From the IMG/VR virus record IMGVR_UViG_2529292922_000019: a stretch of DNA of 18,835 nucleotides; one strand, 5' to 3'. Positions within the stretch are counted from its first letter, which is position 1. The number at the start of each line of letters is the position of its first letter. The notes beneath the pieces were generated by a model. The model was not told the origin of the DNA and ran no database searches. It saw only the letters and a program-made list of their open reading frames with translations. The position numbers and the translations under genes are program-made. This DNA comes from a virus (taxonomy: Duplodnaviria; Heunggongvirae; Uroviricota; Caudoviricetes). Positions 15,620 to 18,835 of this stretch are shown here, in pieces.

Positions 15620-17191
15620 TTACTGAGAGCTCAGATCAACTTTCCAGGGCAACAGATCGCGTACCCGGTTTGCCGGCCAGTCCTGGATATGTTCAATGAC
15701 GTAACGCAGCCACTTTTCTGGCTCCACATTGTTCAGACGGCATGTGCCGATCAGCGAGTACAACACCGCCGCATGTTCACCACCGCTGTCGGAACCCGCG
15801 AACATCCAGTTTTTCCGGCCTACGGCCACTCCCCGTAAGGCGTTCTCTGCGATGTTGTTGTCGATTTCCACCCAGCCATTACTGCAGTACACGTTCAGTG
15901 CATCCCACTGTTTCAGCAGGTATGCGAACGCTTTTGCCGTATCTGAGTGACGCGACAGTGTTTTCATCTGTTGCTGTATCCAGTCATACAGTGACTGCAT
16001 CAGTGGCGCGGCTCTGGCTTTTCTTGCCGCCAGACGCTGTTCTGCTGAACAGCACCGGACCTCTGCCTCGATGGCATACAGTTCACCGATACGCTGCAGG
16101 GCTTCCGTGGTGATGTAGGTGGGCGCTCTTGCATGCACATCGTGGATTTTTCTCCGGGCATGAGCCATACACGCGGCTTCCGTTATTCTGCCGGATTCGT
16201 ATAACGCCCGGTAACCACCGTAAGCATCGGCCTGAAGCACACCGCTGTAACCGGCCAGGTGATTTTGTGGATGGATACCTTTCCGGTCCGGACTGTACGC
16301 GAACCAGACCGCCGGGGGCATCTGTGAACCGGCGTTACGGTCATCACGGACGTAGACCCACAGCCGGGCTGTCCGGGTTTTACCGCTGCCCGGCTCCTGG
16401 ACCGGGACGGGGATATCATCAGCATGGACTTTACCGGGCATCAGCACATACTGGCGCAGGACGTCATACAGCGGCTCCAGCAGTTCAGCAACAGCACCTG
16501 TCCAGCGCCCCAGTGTGGCACGGCTCAGCTCCACGCCCTGACGACGGTATATTTCTGACTGGCGGTATAACGGCAGATGGTCTGCATATTTCCCGGTGAC
16601 AACATGGGCCAGAAGCCCCGCTCCGGCATAACTGCGTGCAATGGGTTTTGAAGGTACTGGTGCCTGCACGATATGGTCGCACCGGCAACAGGCCTGTTTC
16701 GGACGTTGTGTTTCGATAACCTTAAAGGCGCTGCTGATAAGCTCCAGTTGCTCTGACACATCACATCCCAGAGAACTGAGTTCACCACCACAGGCAGGAC
16801 AGCATTCCTCTTCCGGCCGGATAACCCGGGTTTCACGGGGAAGTGAGGCCGGTAACGGTTTACGGGCTGAAGACTGGCGCAGGGCGGATGGCAGTACCGG
16901 GTCATATTGCTCACCCAGCGTTTCCGCCATTTCTTCCTGAAGTGCGCTGATTCGCTCCTGTGCTTCCTGTATCTGCCGTTCGGTTTTTGCACGAAGTTTT
17001 TCTGAGCTTTTACCGAACTGCATACGTTGCAGTTTCGCAACCAGCGCCTTCAGCCGGTTGATTTCGGAAGCATAAGCCGCCACCCGCTGTGAGAGCAGGC
17101 GGTTGTATTCAGCCATCTGGCGGATGGTGTCCTGTTGCGTCTGCAACAGTGCCCGCAGGCGGGCGTTCTCATGAGCAAGTGAGGTGTCCAT
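15620..17191 (-). CDS. tnpC: IS66-family transposase TnpC (orf3)
   Basis: 523-aa ORF with N-terminal coiled-coil/leucine-zipper region and a Cys cluster, typical size and layout for IS66 TnpC. Confidence 0.85.
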   Translation of the reverse strand: MDTSLAHENARLRALLQTQQDTIRQMAEYNRLLSQRVAAYASEINRLKALVAKLQRMQFGKSSEKLRAKTERQIQEAQERISALQEEMAETLGEQYDPVLPSALRQSSARKPLPASLPRETRVIRPEEECCPACGGELSSLGCDVSEQLELISSAFKVIETQRPKQACCRCDHIVQAPVPSKPIARSYAGAGLLAHVVTGKYADHLPLYRQSEIYRRQGVELSRATLGRWTGAVAELLEPLYDVLRQYVLMPGKVHADDIPVPVQEPGSGKTRTARLWVYVRDDRNAGSQMPPAVWFAYSPDRKGIHPQNHLAGYSGVLQADAYGGYRALYESGRITEAACMAHARRKIHDVHARAPTYITTEALQRIGELYAIEAEVRCCSAEQRLAARKARAAPLMQSLYDWIQQQMKTLSRHSDTAKAFAYLLKQWDALNVYCSNGWVEIDNNIAENALRGVAVGRKNWMFAGSDSGGEHAAVLYSLIGTCRLNNVEPEKWLRYVIEHIQDWPANRVRDLLPWKVDLSSQ

Positions 17192-17210
17192 ATCCTCACT
17201 TTACAACGGG

Positions 17211-17558
17211 TTATATGCGGATTCCAGCGCGTTCCGTTCGTTTCGGGTGCTTCCAGTTGATACCTTCAAGAAGCATGGATAACTGAGCCGGAGTAAGGTG
17301 CACCTTGCCGTCACGGGTGACTGGCCAGACGAAGCGGCCCCGCTCCAGGCGTTTGGTGAAGAGGCACAGTCCGTCACTGTCAGCCCACAACACTTTTATC
17401 TGGTCACCCCGGCGTCCGCGGAAGATGAACAGGTGTCCGGAGAACGGGTCATCCTTCAGGACGTTCTGAACTTTTGATGCCAGGCCGTTAAAGCCATTTC
17501 GCATATCGGTGATACCTGCAACCAGCCAGATACGCGAACCTGCAGGGAGAGATATCAT
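17211..17558 (-). CDS. tnpB: IS66-family TnpB (orf2)
   Basis: 115-aa ORF MISLPAGSRIWLVAGITDMRNGFNGLA..., characteristic of IS66 orf2. Confidence 0.85.
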   Translation of the reverse strand: MISLPAGSRIWLVAGITDMRNGFNGLASKVQNVLKDDPFSGHLFIFRGRRGDQIKVLWADSDGLCLFTKRLERGRFVWPVTRDGKVHLTPAQLSMLLEGINWKHPKRTERAGIRI

Positions 17559-18042
17559 CAGTGGCTGCTCCCTTTTATTTCGCGGATAAGTGTCTGTAAT
17601 AACGCCGGCGTCAGTTTACCTTTAAGCCTGAGAGTTCCGGCCGGCAGAACCAGCTCACAACACAGACTGTCGGACGGTGTATTTATCTGCTCTGGTTCCT
17701 GTGCGGGGGCCGGGATTTTATTATCCGGCTCCGGCGTTAACGTCACGGGAAGCAGTGCCGGCATATTTTTCCGGAAGGCAGCAGGCCACCTTTCCGGTAT
17801 TGATGGCGCCAGTTGAAGAGCAGGTTATCGTTGATTCCGTTTTCCCGGGCGATCTGCGCCACACAGGCTCCGGGCTGCAGTGACTGCTCCACTAAGGCGA
17901 TTTTAAACTCATAAGGGAAGTTGGGCCGCCGGGGACGTTTTTTTACCACGGGGGCTTCGGATATAACGGTGCTTTCAGGACGTACGACTGGTACCGTGGA
18001 AAATTGTCCGTAAAGGCAGGCATCAAGTTCCTGCTCCGACAT
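17558..18042 (-). pseudogene. tnpA: IS66-family TnpA (orf1), apparently split by a -1 frameshift at a T5 run (start codon uncertain)
   Basis: HTH-containing frame (..IARENGINDNLLFNWRHQYRKG..) ends at 17743, and a second frame (17558..17764) overlaps the tnpB start as ATGA. One extra T at 17765..17769 would fuse them. Confidence 0.45.
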
Positions 18043-18289
18043 GCCTGCGGGCAAAGGCCACGAAAGGCCAGCTCTCCGAAAGCGCACGAACATACTACAA
18101 ACTGTTGATTTTGGTACACCCAGGCGACGCCCGGCCACAACCCGGGGTAAATGTTCTTCAAAGTGAAGACGTAAAGCTTCAGTGATCCAGGTCCGGTGTT
18201 TCATACGATAGTGTCCATTAAAAATGATGGACATTATTTTTTGTAGAGCCGGAGGAAACAGACCAGACGGTTTTAAATGAGCCGGTTAC

Positions 18290-18506
18290 GCTCAAAAAGC
18301 CAGTGAGTCATCACAAAGTGCAGCAGAAGCTGAATTGTCAAGAAAGACGGCAGAAAGTGCAGCCGGTAATGCAGCCAGGGATGCAACGACCGCAGCAGAA
18401 AAAGCCCGGGAGTCAGCAGAAAGCGCACAGTCAGCGGAACAAAGCAGGATAGCGGCGGAAGACGCCGTAAACCGAATCCCCACCGTGGTGGGACCTCCCG
18501 GGCCAA
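18290..18506 (+). pseudogene. Orphan fragment of a side-tail-fibre-like gene (Ala/Ser/Glu-rich repeats plus GPPGP), cut on both sides by IS elements
   Basis: Frame open from the IS66 right end, reading ...AESAAGNAARDATTAAEKARESAESAQSAEQSRIAAEDAVNRIPTVVGPPGP, and runs into the IS50-like end, where a stop is created inside the IS terminus. No start codon or upstream context. Confidence 0.5.
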
Positions 18507-18835
18507 CTGTCTCTTGATCAGATCTCCTGATCAAGAGACTTCATCACCAGGTAACCCTCAACCATATCCTGAAGTCTGAACCAGCCATCCCACATGACTA
18601 CCCAACCGGGGCGACCGGTGCGTTTGCTGTCATGCCATCGCCCCAGTTTCGCCAGTTTCAGACAGGCCCATTTCAGTGTCGGCATCTGTGACGGAAGCGG
18701 TTTTCCTTCCAGCTTAACCCACAGCAGTTTCCACTCTGTCGGCGTCAGTATTTTCTCACAGCTGTCATTTTGTGTTTCTTCACTGATACCGCCCTGCCGC
18801 AGGCCCAGCACCCGCACCGCGATAAACGCCTTGAT
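18507..18835 (-). mobile_element. IS4-family (IS50/Tn5-like) element, inside-end terminus and 3' part of its transposase; continues beyond window
   Basis: 18507..18525 reads CTGTCTCTTGATCAGATCT, identical to the remembered 19-bp inside end of IS50. The transposase stop codon lies within it, as in IS50. Confidence 0.7.
18518..18835 (-). CDS. IS50-like transposase, C-terminal portion (partial, 5' end outside window)
   Basis: Frame open to the window edge. C-terminus ...LGRWHDSKRTGRPGWVVMWDGWFRLQDMVEGYLVMKSLDQEI is homologous in pattern to the Tn5 Tnp C-terminus (...LGGFMDSKRTGIASWGALWEGW...) but clearly divergent. Confidence 0.7.
   Translation of the reverse strand: MKAFIAVRVLGLRQGGISEETQNDSCEKILTPTEWKLLWVKLEGKPLPSQMPTLKWACLKLAKLGRWHDSKRTGRPGWVVMWDGWFRLQDMVEGYLVMKSLDQEI

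Larger units (their letters stand above)
15590..18289 (-). mobile_element. IS66-family insertion sequence (about 2.7 kb), tnpA-tnpB-tnpC on - strand
   Basis: Imperfect terminal inverted repeats starting GTAAGCGACTCG (15590) and GTAACCGGCTCA (revcomp ending 18289), about 17 of 23 matching. Three-ORF layout with ATGA overlap between tnpA and tnpB and a 19-nt tnpB-tnpC gap. No 8-bp direct repeat in the flanks (TTTGTTAA vs GCTCAAAA). Confidence 0.75.

Noticed and set aside
15057-15620. Shiga-toxin-type cargo downstream of the tRNA cluster
   Set aside because: The Q - tRNA arrangement resembles Stx-type phages, but no stx-like ORF is present; the space is taken by a terminator and the IS66 element.
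15742-17040. Several ORFs (for example 15742..16113, 16129..16599, 16525..17040) within the IS66 tnpC gene
   Set aside because: Antisense or out-of-frame shadows inside a long GC-rich transposase ORF.
18273-18534. Two - strand ORFs (77 and 80 aa) over the tail-fibre fragment
   Set aside because: They mirror the Ala/Ser-rich repeat region on the opposite strand and cross the IS50-like terminus; not credible genes.
1-18835. CRISPR arrays, rRNA genes or prophage attachment sites
   Set aside because: No regularly spaced direct repeats or rRNA-like sequence seen. The window begins at the integrase stop codon, so any att site or target tRNA lies outside it.

Overview
This window reads as the left arm, immunity region, replication module and truncated late-region stump of an enterobacterial (E. 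coli-like) Qin/Rac-type lambdoid prophage, followed by two insertion sequences. All calls are from reading the sequence and ORF track by eye; no searches were run and named homologies are from memory. Leftward (- strand) early arm: tyrosine integrase, excisionase, an 823-aa DEDDh exonuclease ('exonuclease VIII-like'), YdfD-like lysis peptide, DicB cell-division inhibitor and the DicF sRNA, then an AT-rich two-gene module (YdfA-like plus unknown). The immunity region has a DicA/cI-like repressor (split by a 1-nt homopolymer frameshift) flanked on both sides by repeated TACC-N4-GGTA palindromes, with divergent Cro/YdaS-like and YdaT-like genes. Rightward: an O-like replication initiator with in-gene iterons, several small genes, then an AT-rich island (about 9.2-12.3 kb) with an HTH regulator convergent on a 3-4 gene - strand operon ending in a PD-(D/E)xK nuclease-like protein. 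That operon is the best candidate for an undescribed defence or abortive-infection system. After it come hok (type I toxin), a DUF968/YdfU-like protein, RusA, a Q-like antiterminator, a three-tRNA cluster (Ile2-CAU, one atypical, Arg-UCU), and then an IS66-family element, an orphan tail-fibre fragment and the inside end of an IS50-like element. Lysis and morphogenesis genes are absent, so the prophage looks defective. Three genes break at single-base deletions in T5-T6 runs, which may be sequencing artefacts.
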